From assembly GCA_964016885.1 (NCBI GenBank), contig OZ024758.1:3100001-3164000 (forward strand): DNA of 64,000 nt. Reading direction: 5' to 3'. A program made the translations under genes and the position numbers. The DNA comes from Eledone cirrhosa (lineage: Eukaryota). Each line of letters opens with the position of its first letter. The first letter of the stretch is position 1. Of this stretch, positions 1 through 15,659 are shown in pieces. A model generated the notes under the pieces. The model searched no databases. It saw nothing but the letters and a program-made list of their open reading frames with translations, and had not been told where the DNA came from.

Positions 1-490
1 TTCCATATATTGTACTGATTGTGTTGTCATTTCTGTTTACCTTTTACATATATTATATATATATATATATATATATACTTTGGTAGAAATCTGTAGACGA
101 AATGAATGTTCAATGAAGATAGTGCTCGATCTGTTGGGAGATAGCTTAATTGTTGTAAAAAAAGTTTCATACATTTAAATTGTATGTGCTAGGAATGTTT
201 TCGGGATCCAATTTTGGGTACCTCTGTGTAATGAATAAGGCACATTTAAACAGTGAATATATCTCTCTACACTTAGGAACGAGATTCCGCCTAGAGATAT
301 CGCATTCCCTTTATCATCGATGTGCCTCAATGAAGGACCAGTTTAAAAGTACCTCTGACATTATAATATAGTGACCATGACTAGACCACAGCACCATTGG
401 TAGCACATACATGTCAGGTGTATGAAACGTGGTTTACACTATACACACACACACACACTCATCTCTCTCTCTAATATATATATATATATA

Positions 491-535
491 AGTTTATCCC
501 CGGTTCACAGTAAGTAAGGTACTCAATGCAAAGCT
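491..535 (-). mobile_element. 3' tail fragment of hammerhead-bearing element family D
   Basis: cacagtaagtaaggtactcaat matches 48760-48781; flanked by (TA)n. Confidence 0.6.
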
Positions 536-561
536 ATATATATATATATATATAAATATAT

Positions 562-594
<33 letters not shown>

Positions 595-627
595 AATATA
601 AATATATATATAGAAATATAAATATAT

Positions 628-690
<63 letters not shown>

Positions 691-701
691 AATATAAATA
701 T

Positions 702-746
<45 letters not shown>

Positions 747-775
747 TAAATATATATATATATATATAAATATAA

Positions 776-810
<35 letters not shown>

Positions 811-820
811 GAAATATAAA
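536..820. repeat. (TA)n/(TAAA) microsatellite
   Basis: Direct inspection. Confidence 0.95.
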
Positions 821-1558
821 TCATTTGTGTCACTGCGTAAGTGAATTCTCAAAATGATAAAAGATATCGTTAATACTGATATCTATCGTTCCATAATATA
901 TTTTTAATACCAGTTGACTACTTTTTGTGAATCTAATTTACGAATTGACCTTTAGTTCTTTCAGGTCAAATAAGAGGAAAAATGGTGGTAGGAAAAACAC
1001 AGCAGAAACACCGAAATTAGATTTATCTAAAAAGCCTTAAATCACAAATGGGAATTTATCAGCAATATAGTAAACATTATAGTGCCTATTATAAAAGTGT
1101 TCGGTTTGCTTTTATTCTTTCATTTGTTTGTTGAAAGACACATGAGAAACTCTACACAAAGACCACTAAAATATTCATACTATAAAAGATGAGAAAAGCC
1201 CGAAATTTTCCCATATTTCCCTACAGATAAATAAAGATACGTAGGAACAAAAATTACAAGAACAAACAGCAAAAGCGCTTCATCCACACAAACACTAAAA
1301 TGGAAAGCAATGCAGAACAGTAACTCTACTTTAATGCCATTCTCCTAATACATATATGCATGTGTATTTTTGTAAATAATTTGGCTTCACAGAACACATT
1401 ACGTGTTATATGAAAATATACTCCAAAATACATAGTTTATATATATGTGTGTGTGGTTGTGTTTGTATGTACATATGTATATATAGACATATATATATGT
1501 GTGTGTGTTTGTATGTACATATATATATATGTTATATATATAAACATATATATATATA

Positions 1559-1618
<60 letters not shown>

Positions 1619-2103
1619 TATGTATATATATATATATATATGACTGTTTATTGTGTCTAGTTTTTCGCAATAGTGTGTATGTTTATGTGTGCATGTGTGT
1701 ATATATTTTCGTCTGTGCGTGTGCGTTTAATATGTTGCTTCTCTGGCTGTGAGAACTGCAATAGAATATGTGACCTTTCGTACAGATTAAAGGTCAATGA
1801 AGATAGTTTTGATATTATGCAACACTTATGTGGGTCGTTATCTTACAATATTACATGCTATGGGACCCTTCAAACGTTAATCTATATATCGATTTCATAT
1901 TATGAAATTTGGTAATGTATTGTTAGGCACAAGTCATAATTATTAGAGCATCGAATAGAATGGATTGCGTGTTTTGATTATGCGCCACATAAATTGTGTG
2001 TTCTATCACACAGATATGAATTTGTCCTTAAGGACCTGATTCAATATCCGCGATTTTATATTTAAAACTTCTGGCTAATGATTCAAAGAGAGCAAAATAA
2101 AAT

Positions 2104-2270
2104 GTCTGCTGGCCAGCCAGAGGTGTGAGACGCGCGAACCAGGATGGCTTTTCTAGCGTGTCTCGCTTTCCGTCTCCCGGGGAAACGCCATCTCCAATCT
2201 GTCCGCCGGGGCTGAGGGGAGATCACAAATATGATTGATTGACTTGTCATTTTATCAGTTAGATGATTTT
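2104..2270 (+). mobile_element. 3' end of CRE-like non-LTR retrotransposon (restriction-like endonuclease C-terminus plus 3'UTR), decayed
   Basis: GC-rich island translating LLASQRCETREPGWLF*RVSLSVSRGNAISNLSAGAEGRSQI*, homologous to 35737-36030. The 3'UTR tgacttgtcattt..atcagt.agat is shared between the two copies. Confidence 0.75.
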
Positions 2271-2640
2271 AGCATTCAACTAGTTAAATATGAACCTCTG
2301 ATCTACAGCTACCTACCTATGGTCAACCAGCAGTAGCTGGAGTTGGTCAACGCTGCTGCTATCACTGAATGAAACAAAATACTTCCTATATTATAAAATG
2401 AAAAATGAGAGACATATTACTGTCAGACCGTACAGCGCATTCGTCTTTTCAACATATGTTTTACGTGAGTTAAGAATTAGTTATAGTTATTAATATGAGA
2501 CCTACAGCATAGTAGAACATGCCACCTACATCAACTCATTTTAATAAGATTTTTCTTGTTAATTCAGTATCAGATGGAGACGTATTTATATAGATATCTG
2601 TAAGGAATATGTTGAATGGAATACGAGAATATATATATAT

Positions 2641-2711
2641 CTACGGCGGGTAAAATTGCCGAGATCCATGGACGAGCTCCGTCCAGCGGTCTCTGTCACT
2701 CATTATCGCTG

Positions 2712-2712
<1 letters not shown>
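2641..2712 (-). mobile_element. Extreme 3' fragment of RTE-like LINE ORF
   Basis: Minus strand reads AAIMSDRDRWTELVHGSRQFYPP*, resembling the RTE terminal 'AM.DR..W..LV' motif; GC-rich insert in (TA)n. Confidence 0.45.
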
Positions 2713-2768
<56 letters not shown>

Positions 2769-2806
2769 CATACATACATACATACATACATACGTATATA
2801 TATATA

Positions 2807-2962
2807 TATAGTAATAATAATAAATTTGAAGACTAAAATCCAAAGAGGGCTCGATAAGGATAAATATATATCAAATATATAAGAACCGTTTTTAGTTTCA
2901 GAAGATCCGGTTAAGGGTGAAAGGAGCGATTCTTTGCTTAAACTTTAATCTATTATTTTAAT
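2807..2962. mobile_element. Short (TA)n-embedded repeat family C
   Basis: atagtaataataataaatttgaagactaaaatcc...taaggataa recurs at 10015-10050 and, inverted, at 37930-38015. Confidence 0.6.
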
Positions 2963-3143
2963 AAATATATATATATATATACATACATATATACACACGG
3001 TGTTTGAAAAATATCCTTAAAAGAAGTATGAAACATCGCCTATTGTACAGTTTAGTGTAATAAATCACTGTATTTGTGCTGTTATAACAACTCCACCTGT
3101 TTCCAATTTCTTAGATTGTCTCTGTAAAAATGATATAGTTTTC

Positions 3144-3330
<187 letters not shown>

Positions 3331-3485
3331 AACCAACAGAGAGGAAGAGCATAATTTCTGTCAATATTATAGAAGATATCTCAATGAATAAGACATCTAA
3401 AATAGTCCTTGATATACAAATATTCATCTTGCTATTAAATTAAACACGCATGTCACTGGATACTCTATGCTGCTTCAATAAATAT

Positions 3486-3606
3486 AATTGTTTCTAATTT
3501 TGGCACAAGACCAGCAAATACCCAGTGTATTACTGGTACTTTATTTTATCGACCCCGTAAGGATGAAAGGCAAAGTTAACCTCGACGGGATTTGAACTCA
3601 GACCGT
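3486..3606 (-). mobile_element. tRNA-derived SINE, 5'-truncated
   Basis: Reverse complement of the family consensus: B box gagttcaaatcc, central gcctttcatccttacggggtcgataaaataaagtaccag, tail gaaacaattat. Confidence 0.85.
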
Positions 3607-4165
3607 ATCCCAGCGAGGTGTTTTGATAAATATTATGTCTGTATTAACTTATTTCTAGAAAAGTCAGGAGTGAATTAAGTTTGATATTATCATAGATACC
3701 TCACACAGTACGTACAATAATAATATATTTCCCACTAAACGTCTTAAAATAATCACTGTGTATATTATCTTAGATTTTAGTAATGGCTGTCAGTGTTTCC
3801 TCCTCAAATCATACACGGTCGTCATAGGTATGAAAAAATACATTTTCAGTACTGTTAGCTTCAAATATACACCTTTCATGGGTGATTTGGTATATCTTCA
3901 TTACGTTTATTGACAAGTGACGCGCGTTTCGCTATTGATCAGCTCAAGGTTCGATCTGTATCGATCTAGCTCGACTCTGGAATCAAAAGCTCGTCGGAAC
4001 TCTGCTGTGGCAATGACAGTTCTACATATCATTACAGACTGGAAACTACTCATCAAGTGCTCACTCGGGTGAACCTAAGGTAACTGCACGTTACCCCCCC
4101 CCCCCACATACATAAATACAAACACGCACACACACACACACATACACATATATATATATATATAT

Positions 4166-4320
4166 GGAAGATGGGTGTGTAGTTACTGATAATGGGTGTT
4201 AGAAGATAAGGGGACACAAACAAGAGGTGGACAGTCTCCCTCCGTCAGTAGTTAACTACGGGTCACAGATGTTTCTGCGCATTATTACCTATACACATAT
4301 CCGTAGCGCGCTCATAGCCT
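4166..4320 (-). mobile_element. (TA)n-embedded element with degenerate hammerhead motif (family G)
   Basis: Minus strand: ggCT-ATGA gcgc...gcgc a GAAAC atct GT. The core has one deletion and a non-H cleavage base; element is flanked by (TA)n. Confidence 0.45.
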
Positions 4321-5157
4321 TATATATATATATATATATACATACATACACACGTGTTTGTGTATGCGTGTGGTTTTGTGAATGAGTGGAGTTTCTTCTG
4401 AATATATGGAAGTAAGTGTAATAAAGTATATGGTAAAGTATAAGCAAATATATAAATCAATTCTAGAAGTCTTCTCCATTAGTTCTCATAAATCATATTG
4501 ACTTAATTCATTTATAGTGTACTTGCATATGATGCAAATATCTGTGTTTTTCGAAGATATCTGTCTGTCTTGTTGCAGTTTTCTCCATGGGAATATAAGC
4601 TTCTTTTCCTGTAGTAGGTAGGGTGTAATTTGAGTAATAAGCCTCATCTTGAATAGTCTAGTATTTTCTAAGTAACTCTGTCAAATTTGAAAATCAGTAA
4701 AACTTTATATTTTCAGCACTTTACTAAATTATATTTCAGGTATAATAATGTTAGATATGCTATAAGTGTCATAACCTACGCATAATTAAATGCTAACTTT
4801 TGTAAATGAAATAAAATAATATGACTACCAAACTTAAAAAATGTACAATTTAACGTATTGAAACTAGAATCTATTGAACAAATTGAATCATTTTTCAAAC
4901 AGCATCTGCTAATTATAATTATCAGCTTAATGAAACGTTTTGATGTAGATAAGTCAGATGATATATCTTAAAACGTCATGATATTTGGTTTCATCTGAAT
5001 AGGATGTAGGATCTAATACCATCGTGGCACCTGTGTTAATGACATAGATTTCTGTAGCCTATCTCTCACAGTTCATTTTTTCTGATATACAAAATGTCAT
5101 GTAAACAGCTATTTTACTATTAAATACCATCATTTTAAGTTTGAAAGCAACACTATA

Positions 5158-5335
5158 AAATTGTTTATATTTTTGGCACAAGCCAGCAATTTCTGGTGTT
5201 CTATTTTATCGACTCCGTAAGGATGAAAGGCAAAGTTAATCTCGGCGGGATTTGAACTCAGACCATAAAGGGCTGTAACTCTTTGCTAGAAAGCATGGCG
5301 TCCGACTCTCTACCGATACTGCAATCCACTACCAA
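5158..5335 (-). mobile_element. tRNA-derived SINE
   Basis: Matches family consensus including head tgcagtatcggtagag. Confidence 0.85.
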
Positions 5336-6421
5336 TATATAATGTCTTCCCTTTACGTCAGTAGTAGCCACGATAACAATGTTTGACATAGATTATATTA
5401 TATTCCTTTATAACTATCTCTGAAATATTTATGGCCTGATAATAGTTAAGACCTAATAACACTTTTTTTCTTTCTTTTCTTTTTTTCTATAATGATTTTC
5501 ATTCCTTCTGTATTTCCTTATTATGAATATTATTAACGTTGGTAAACATTGTCAATAAGAGGGTTAAATCTCTGGTTTGGGAGATGTACCATTTGGTTTT
5601 AATAGGATCTATGTCGTTCATGAGATGCTTCATGAAGGATTCCTAGTTCAAACCCTGGGAGGGTGATTATACATGTGGAATTGGCAATGACAATATCACG
5701 TGACGGCTTTTCTATTGATTAGCCAATGGGAACAATCGTGTTGAAACCGAACATATCATATTCCATTCTATTCCATTACATTTCCTTCCATATCATTGAT
5801 TGAATTTTTATTTTAATATTTGTATCACAGTTGATATGAATTTGTCATGTTTTATAAAAGTTGTAAATATATAAATTATTTCTGACTGGTAACTGAGTTA
5901 TATTTAGTTTGACTATTTCAGGTCAAAGATGAAAAACCTTCTTAGAGTAATTAATTATTTCAATGAATGCAAACAACTTTGAATCTACTTTACCATAAAA
6001 AATGAAAACATTCAGTCAACAATGTTAAATTATATTTGAAAATAAATTGATTTGGAAAGGATCCAAATTTACAAAGTATGAAATCACTTGTAATGTGACT
6101 TGCTAATAAATGTTCTAAATGTGGTGTCAACACACACACACACACATTCATTGCATGTAAAATCGACGGTCAAATTTAACCCACCTCGATATTTCAAATC
6201 AAAATAGTATAAGACTGGCTGAATATATTTTTCAGTTACACGAGAGGTATGATTTAATTTACAGCTGTCGAATAATCAGTTGGATAAATATATTACAAGA
6301 CGCTTGGCAGATTACTCTATTTTCCCCAGGGTTAAAATAATCTCACATTATTTACCTTAACATTACCTTTACATTAATATAATTCTCCTGAAGAGGGATG
6401 AGCTCCGCCAGGCTTTAAAGT

Positions 6422-6561
6422 TTGGACGCAATGCTTTCTAGCATAGTTACATCCCTTTACGGTCCGAGTTCAAATCCCGTCGAGGTTAACCGTCGATAAA
6501 ATAAGGTACCAGTAATGTACTGGATAATTGCTGGCCTTATGCCTATAGTAGACACAATTAT
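6422..6561 (+). mobile_element. tRNA-derived SINE, internally deleted
   Basis: Matches consensus; central gcctttcatcc segment is missing. Confidence 0.8.
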
Positions 6562-7842
6562 AGTTGAAGAGTTAAACATATGACTGTCCAAGTAAATTTT
6601 CCACCTATATGTTCTGGTAAGTGTATGTATATGTATGTTTGCATATGGTATTTGGATGTTTATACATAAAGTAACTCCATACAATTGGTCAATAATTAAT
6701 TTGTAGATTGAAAGCCATCACATATTAGAGTTTAAAAGTTAGACTCACATGATCGAAAATATAAAAGACGTAACAATAAATCATATTCGTGTGGTTTTTC
6801 ACTTCAAAGCTTGCTCATTTGAATAACCTCTGACACAGATAGTAAAATATTTCATAGTTTTTGTAAACTCATTTTCGCATGTAAATTATTGGGCGACATG
6901 ATACAATTTTAGATAACAGAGTTTAATTTAAAATATAATTGTGTGATTACAGCCATGGATTTATTTATAGCAGAGTACGGATTTAAATGTTAATATAAAT
7001 TACAGGAAAATCATGATTGTTGACATCGCCTCAGGTTAAATATTAACCTCACCAATATATAGACGGTAATCATCAGCTTCATTCATAAGTTCAAAAGGCA
7101 TTTGTTAGAGAGTATTGAAGTAACACAAGCTCTACAATCCCATAGTCAATAGGCACAGAAATATTCATATTAAAACTAACAGATAAAAATATTCCTTGTG
7201 GTTTTACTGGTTTGGTTTTCAATGTTTTCCAAGTTTTAGAAAGATTAACGACTGCCGTTTATACCTGAACAATATTTGGTTTCGCTGTTGGAACTATATT
7301 TTTGAAAATAATCTGTTATCAACTCACGATAGTTCGTCTCTGATCTAAATATCAACACGCACAATTAATGTATAATGCAGATAACACGCACAGAAAACAG
7401 AGAGAGAGAGTGAGGTAAAACAGGAAAATAAGCAGTGAAAGAGAGAAGAAAGATAGATAGAAAAACAAAAATGAAATAAAAAAAATGACTTAAACATATT
7501 TGTGGGGTATTAGATCAAACTGCTTCAATTGAATAACATCCAACTATGGAATTTCTTCTGGAAATATCAATTTCACTATTTGTTGGCATGTTGCATCGTG
7601 TGTATGTTTTAATTTTATTATAGTTCTCTCTTCTCTTCGTGTATTGACGTTGTTTTCGTTTGTCTATATTAGATGGAAGATATTAGTTTCTAAAGAGATA
7701 ATATTTCAATGTTTTGAGAGGATATTAATAATTTTAATGTTAAATGTAAATGATATGGCTTCTTTTGCACCGTTCCTTCATTTAGACCAATATTTTATTG
7801 TGCCCCTGAGTCAGAAACACATCAATAATAATACATACACAA

Positions 7843-7936
<94 letters not shown>

Positions 7937-10071
7937 TACAAACTTGCACACGAGCTTAGTCTCAATATATGTATATATGTTTTATATATTTTAGAATCAT
8001 TTGTATTTAGAAACGGTTGTCTGATAACGGAGAACTAAATATATTATAATGAAATGTTAACCAACAATCATGACTTTCATATTTCTGTTTAACTATTTAC
8101 AATTATATTTATCTTGCTTGTCACTTGGTCGTAACCATTGCTTTAAAACCTTGATGTTTCAAAACCAGTATTTAACCATTTGGTACTGTGATCACGAGTG
8201 GCAATAATTATAGGCCTGAATGCTAATGTATGCCTTGGGTATCCGTGGAAATTTGACCGGATTGTTAGGACGCTGGATAGATCGCTTTGCTGCATTCATT
8301 TTGGCTGTGTTCTGAGATGAAAGCCTATCTAGGTGGCCTTATTTGATTATGCATTCCTTCCCTTCAGGTTCGATGAAAAAATACCAGTCCAGTCCAGTAT
8401 TAGGATCGATTTGTAGCTGTCGTTTCTTTTTTCTCTTTTCTGTCTAAAAATATTTGTTCCATGGTTTCCGCTATCATTATTCATTTCACCCACCATTAAA
8501 TTAAGAATATCAATACAATCTCGCCATAGCCCCTCAGCCTTCATGTTCTTAATGGCCCTATGTTTACTTAATGTGTTATTTATCGCAATATTTAGATCAT
8601 GTTGTACTCCAGTTACTTCATCCACCCTTATTTTCTACTGGTTTATTTGTCTGATTCGCTCCGTTTTCTACTGGTGTATTTGCCTGATCTACTCTACATC
8701 TACAACTGAATCCCTCTACTCTTCTGGTTCAATTCCAAGCCTTTCCTACAGGTTTCATATATCAGTTAACATTTCAGTAATTTTATTCAGTTCCCTTCTA
8801 CAATCTGTTCTTTCCTCGTTCCTTCTTCCTCTGACAACAGCATAGCTGGAAGACAGAGTGTTCCCTCCTGCTGTGGCAGTAAACAGTTGTCCGGTTAGAG
8901 CTCTTCATCTGGTTTACCATATTCCTTTTGTCGTTATTTAAACAATTTTGATTCGAGTATTAGTGAGTTTGATGTCGCAATAAAACCAGTATTTTTATCA
9001 TGACACCATCCCCAGATGTGATTGTCTAAAGGAACTTGAAGGCCCCACTATCCTCTTAAAATTGAGGAGGGCTCTGCTGTGCTAGACCAGCATTTACAAC
9101 ACAGTAACAGTGGATTAACCTGATCTGGATACCCTCCCGGGATTTAGGAATCCGTTCAAATCCTTATGATTACTATTATTTATTTTGTTACCGATGCTCT
9201 CTCTCTCATATATATACACACACACACACATATATGTATATCTATATCCATGTGTACCTGTTACTGTGTGTACGTATGTATGTAACTGTGTCTGTGTGTG
9301 TGTGTGTCTGTGTATTGTTTTCTATATATGCATGATTCTTTAAATATCCTTATCAAATAGCCCCATATATGGAAACATCTAACAATGTCCTTTCTTTCTC
9401 AACTCAATAATTAAATTGTTCATGTCATTTCCTATCAATTTCAAATACTCATGTTGCTCGATACAAACTTAATTTGCCTCCTATAAGCAAATAAATTGCT
9501 TTTAGAACATGAAAACTATATAAAATAAAAGGCCTCCATTTTTCCTTTGTAATTATCCACATCTGAATATTTAAATTTTTTACTCGTTATTATATCAATA
9601 AGAACAACTATTTCAAGATCTGAAACAACAAACATATTTCAATTGTCTGCAATAGATCAAATTTATTTATTTATTTGCGTAAAATAAATGTTATCAAATA
9701 ATTCAGAATCCACGTTTTGAGTGTGTATAATTCGTGTTGAAATTCATGTTTACTATTATTTGATATGAACTGAATTCTTTCGTTTAATAATATATCTATT
9801 CATGTTGATCACATGCAAATGTATATGCGCAACAGCTATTAATTTAGTGCAGTTTATTCACAGGCTCGCAACAGTCAAATATATTTCGTAACCAGAAGTT
9901 GTCGCTTAAGACTAATTTATAGGTACATATCTTGTAATAGCCTCTCATAAAAATAAAGCGTGAAACTAATATAATTGCGTAAAATTGCCTCCTTCCACAC
10001 TATATATATATATATAGTAATAATAATAAATGTGAAGACTAGAATCCAATAAATAATATATATATATATAT

Positions 10072-10215
10072 CTCCGAACGAATCTGGCTGTCGAAACGGC
10101 CGGAGCTCAACCATCGGTGTCCTGACTCTTTTCCTATTACCGACTCTACTACCATAACTATCGAGTACTCTGGTGTGTTATCGTCCACTAGTTTTCTTAC
10201 CACACTTTCCTTGTT
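10072..10215 (+). mobile_element. Family A' half element (hammerhead 3' half plus tail) in (TA)n
   Basis: gctgtcGAAACggccggagctcaaccatcgg...gagtactctggtgtgttat; homologous to 34672-34875 and to family A. Confidence 0.7.
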
Positions 10216-10879
10216 ATATATATATACACACACAGAAGCATTTCAAATCAATAACTATATATTCTAAAAAAAGATAACTATTTATTATGGGTTGTATTTT
10301 GAATATAAGTGTTCAATGTACTACCAGCTTCAGACTTATATACATAAATATATCTATATTTAAAATATAAACCTGAAAGCATCTGATAATATAGAAACAA
10401 ATTTCAGTACTAATGAATTACAAAAAAATACACGTTCATTAATATTCAATTTTTATCATGAATGAATATATGAATAAAATTGATAATCAACGCAATTAAC
10501 ATAGTATTTTAAACTTTATTTCTAGCATTTGGTGATTATTAATTTGATTCCGAAATCCGACAAATTGAGGAATGAAGTATATTTTAATATTTATTCTGTG
10601 ATAGAGTTGTTGAATTTCTAACCGTTGAATTTTGTTGCTATGTGTGGGATTGTGTGCCTGTTTCTGTGCTTGTGTATGTGCTTTCATAGATGTGAAGTAA
10701 AGAAGATTTGAGTTTGATTGCCAACCGTCCAACAGTTCTGTGGTTTGATTAGAAATCTGTAAAATTTGCAAAGATGCTATTCCAGGGCAATCTGTTATTT
10801 TTTAATTGTAGAAACAATTCTAAATATGGTTTGTGTGTATGTATGTGAATAAACCAGCTGTATCTCCCTATTTATATAC

Positions 10880-10952
<73 letters not shown>

Positions 10953-10955
<3 letters not shown>

Positions 10956-11242
10956 CAAAGTAATTGTGGTAAGGAACCAAATGGACCATAACACACCAGA
11001 GTACTCAATACTTAGGGTAGTAGAGTGGGAAATAGGAAACAGTATTATCCCGACGGCAGAACTCAAGCCGTTTCGACGGCTATTTCTGGACTAAATTAGA
11101 ATTTTTAGCCTGATGAATTTAGTGCAGATATAGCCGTCGAAACGGCTTGAGCTCTGCCGTCGGGGTCATACTTTTTCCTATTTCCCACTATACTACCCTA
11201 AGTATTGAGTACTCTGGTGCGTTATGGTCCATTTGGTTCCAG
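10953..11242. mobile_element. Family A palindromic (fold-back) element with hammerhead-like motifs
   Basis: About 125-bp inverted arms around a short loop. Right arm: CTGATGA (11110-11116)...GAAACGGC ttgagctct GCCGTC gggg. Flanked by (TA)n. Confidence 0.8.
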
Positions 11243-11273
<31 letters not shown>

Positions 11274-11566
11274 GCTATAGTTATATAGCTTCTAATTGAT
11301 TTGAAAGGAGCATGAATGGCGGGTTGGTGTAATAACAGCACATTGGTCCGGCAAATCATAGATGTGAGTTCATGTCCCATGTACGTCAAAACTCATCATT
11401 TTTCCATTCAGAAGGTATTTTTAATCCCAACTAACATACTAATTTTATGTAGTCAGAGGGTTTTAGTTTCAAATGCTGGTCGCGTTTCTTCTATATGAGT
11501 TACATATTACGCTGGAAAGACTAATTAAATTCAATGATTTGTGAAATTTATGTCAGAACAAGATAA

Positions 11567-11748
11567 ATAACTGTTTCTACTTTTGGCACAAGGCCAGTAC
11601 ATTACTGGTACTTTATTTTATAGACCCCGTGAGGATAAAAGGCAAAGTTAACCTCGGCGGGATTTGAACTAAGATCATAAAGGGACATAAGTCTATGCTT
11701 CAAAGTATAGTGTCCGACCCTCTACCGATACTGCCAATCCACCGCCGT
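11567..11748 (-). mobile_element. tRNA-derived SINE, near full length
   Basis: Head ggcggtggattggcagtatcggtagagggtcggac on the minus strand. Confidence 0.88.
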
Positions 11749-11989
11749 TCAGGTAAATAACCCCACTGAAATATTCTATACGTTTATTCGCAGTACTACC
11801 CTTTCTACGTATTGCATTGTATAGACCTTTGGTCACAAAATCATGCGTCATAGTTATAATGTATGCATGTACTTATGAGTATATGTATGTATGTGTATCT
11901 ACATGTATATGCATGGATGTATATAGGTATCCATGTGCATGGGTATGAAATATATGTGAGACTATGTGCGTCTAAACACGCACCCCCAT

Positions 11990-11999
11990 ATAGAAATGA

Positions 12000-12045
<46 letters not shown>

Positions 12046-12489
12046 ATACATACATATATATATATACACATACATACAAATATATATATATATATACACA
12101 TACATACATATATATATATACACGCATATATATATACACACATACATACATATACATATATATACACACACATACATATATATATATACACGCATATATA
12201 TATATACACACATACATACATATACATATATATACACACACATACATACATATATATATATATATACACATACATACATATATATATATACACGCATATA
12301 TATATATACACACATACATACATATACATATATATACATACACACACATACATATCTATATATAAACACACACACATACATACACACATATATATACACA
12401 CATATATATGTATATATATATACACACATACATACACATATATATATATATATATACACACATACATACACATATATATATATATATAT

Positions 12490-12565
<76 letters not shown>

Positions 12566-12589
12566 ATACATACATATATATATATATAT

Positions 12590-12620
<31 letters not shown>

Positions 12621-12715
12621 CACACATACACACATACATATATATATATATATACACACATACATACATAAATATATATATATACACATACATACATAAA
12701 TATATATATATACAC

Positions 12716-12746
<31 letters not shown>

Positions 12747-12887
12747 CACACATACATACATAAATATATATATATACACATACATACATACATATATATA
12801 TATACACACATACATACATATATATATATACACACATACATACATACATATATATATATACACACATACATACATACATATATATAT

Positions 12888-12918
<31 letters not shown>

Positions 12919-12954
12919 CACCCATATAATATATATATATACGCACACACATAC

Positions 12955-13015
<61 letters not shown>

Positions 13016-13194
13016 CACACACATATACATATATATATACACACACATATACATATATATATACACACACATATACATATATATATACACACACATATAC
13101 ATATATATATACACACACATATACATATATATATATATACACACACACATACATATATATATATATACACACACACATACATATATATATATAT

Positions 13195-13257
<63 letters not shown>

Positions 13258-13258
13258 A

Positions 13259-13313
<55 letters not shown>

Positions 13314-13960
13314 TACACATACATATATATCTATATATATACACATACATATATTTATATATATACATATATACACACATACATACATATATATACACAC
13401 ACATACATACATATATATACACACACATACATACATATATATACACACATACATACATATATATACACACATACATACATATATATACACACATACATAC
13501 ATATATATATACACATACATACATATATATATACACATACATATATATATACACATACATACATATATATATACACATACATACATATATATATACACAT
13601 ACATATATATATACACATACATACATATATATATACACATACATACATATATATATATACACATACATACATATATATATACACATACATACATATATAT
13701 ATACACATACATACATATATATATACACATACATACATATATATATACACATACATACATACATACACATACATACATACATACATACATACATACACAT
13801 ACATACATACATACATACATACATTTACATATATATATATATATATGCACGCACATATATAGGTCTGCGTGTATATATATATATATATAAATATACACAC
13901 ACACATATATATATGTATATATGTAAATATATATGGATATATATTTAGACTTAGATACAT
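11990..13960. repeat. About 2 kb compound (TA)n/(CA)n/(CATA)n microsatellite
   Basis: Direct inspection; source of the 709, 620 and 322 aa spurious ORFs. Confidence 0.95.
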
Positions 13961-14521
13961 ACAGAGACATGTATGACCGTGTGTGTTACACTTCTGTATC
14001 TGTTTAATTAAACACAAAAACATACACATACTCTCCCCCCACCCCCGACCCCCACCCCCCAACACACACACACACACACAAATACATTTATCTACGTCTT
14101 ATTTATCTGATATATATTTGGAGAATAATTTCACTTAATCAAATTATCGTTGAATAAAGAGCGAAATTATACATCCACTATTTAAGTTACATGAACTATT
14201 TCAAATAATCTTGATAGGAGAAATTTTCTAAAATGAAATAAACGTGAATGCATTGCAAACATCTGGTTTTGCTAGCATCGATGGAAGAAATCTCCGGTGA
14301 ATAATTTTTGGAAATAAAGGATTAGAGTCTGTTGATAAAAGGTTATGTTCAAATAAATGTCAAATGTTAATGTTATTACTTATAATTTAATATACGCATA
14401 TTTCTGTATTTCTGAATAGATAATTTTATTTGATATTTTTTATTTATCATTTTTTTATATATATTTTTTATAACAATTATATACAAATCTTATATCATGT
14501 GTATAAACATATGTAAATATA

Positions 14522-14560
<39 letters not shown>

Positions 14561-15659
14561 TTATATATAATTATACATATGTTTATATATATATATAATA
14601 TATATATATATACTTATATATAATTATACATATGTTTATATATACATATATATAAACAAATACATACACATGACATGATATATAAATATGTGTAGTATCT
14701 ATCCCTTTCTGTACATACACACACTGTTTATTTATTAAACTATATATATATATATATATATAAAATGAGAACAAAAAACAGAAAAACGAGTGTATGTATA
14801 TATATATATATATATATACTCGATGTCACGCACACACAATTATATACATACATACCCATATATATGTATATTTATATACATTTATACACATACCTCTGAA
14901 CTATTGGATATCAACTATTACTGTGCTCCATAGACAGACCAATGTTTTTTACGATAATGGTTTTATTTTATTTTTATCAATTTGACCAATATAGAGCAAT
15001 TGAATATTAGATTGTAACTTTAGATGGCGACTAAGAATTTTATATTCTGCCGAAAGGGACCAATTTCCTGTAAACAACCGCTTAACTCGTAAAGTTTCAC
15101 CATCCAATATTTATAATTTTCAGTCTTTTTTTCCATATAATTCTTTTCATCTTCTCATGTATATGCGATTAGGAGGATATTTATTCGGAAATGAAAAAAA
15201 AAGAAAAAACAGTATATGGAATATGAAATAAAGTATCTAGTTAAGTCTATTTCTCTAAACGGCATGGTTCTGATATAAATATTATTATATTCATAAATAA
15301 TGTAGTTAAAATGTAATTCGGTAACGATAAGCATATTTTAAGATAGAACTTATGGTGTATAGGAACACAAATAACATTTTACATTTTTTCAGTCATTTTT
15401 CAAATGTCTATATAAGCATGTATTAAGATTAAACACATATGTATAACTGAATTGATTAAAAGGGTCGTGAGAAATGGTTATACTTATATAGTGGATATAT
15501 ACGGAGAAACATTGAAAATATCACCTCTTCGAATCCGCTACGCCACATTGAACATGCGATTCATCACAGTATACAGTCTTTCCTTTGGACTCTGTAGCTT
15601 CGTCGTCCTTATTAATGGCATTCCTTACTTCAAATATAATACAGGCAGAAGTGGTAAAT

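Noticed and set aside
8347-8900. Possible decayed retroelement ORF on the minus strand
   Set aside because: Compositionally coding-like but no diagnostic motif.
11841-14077. Long ORFs of 709, 620 and 322 aa
   Set aside because: Translations of (TA)n/(CA)n repeats (YIYI/CVCV); not genes.
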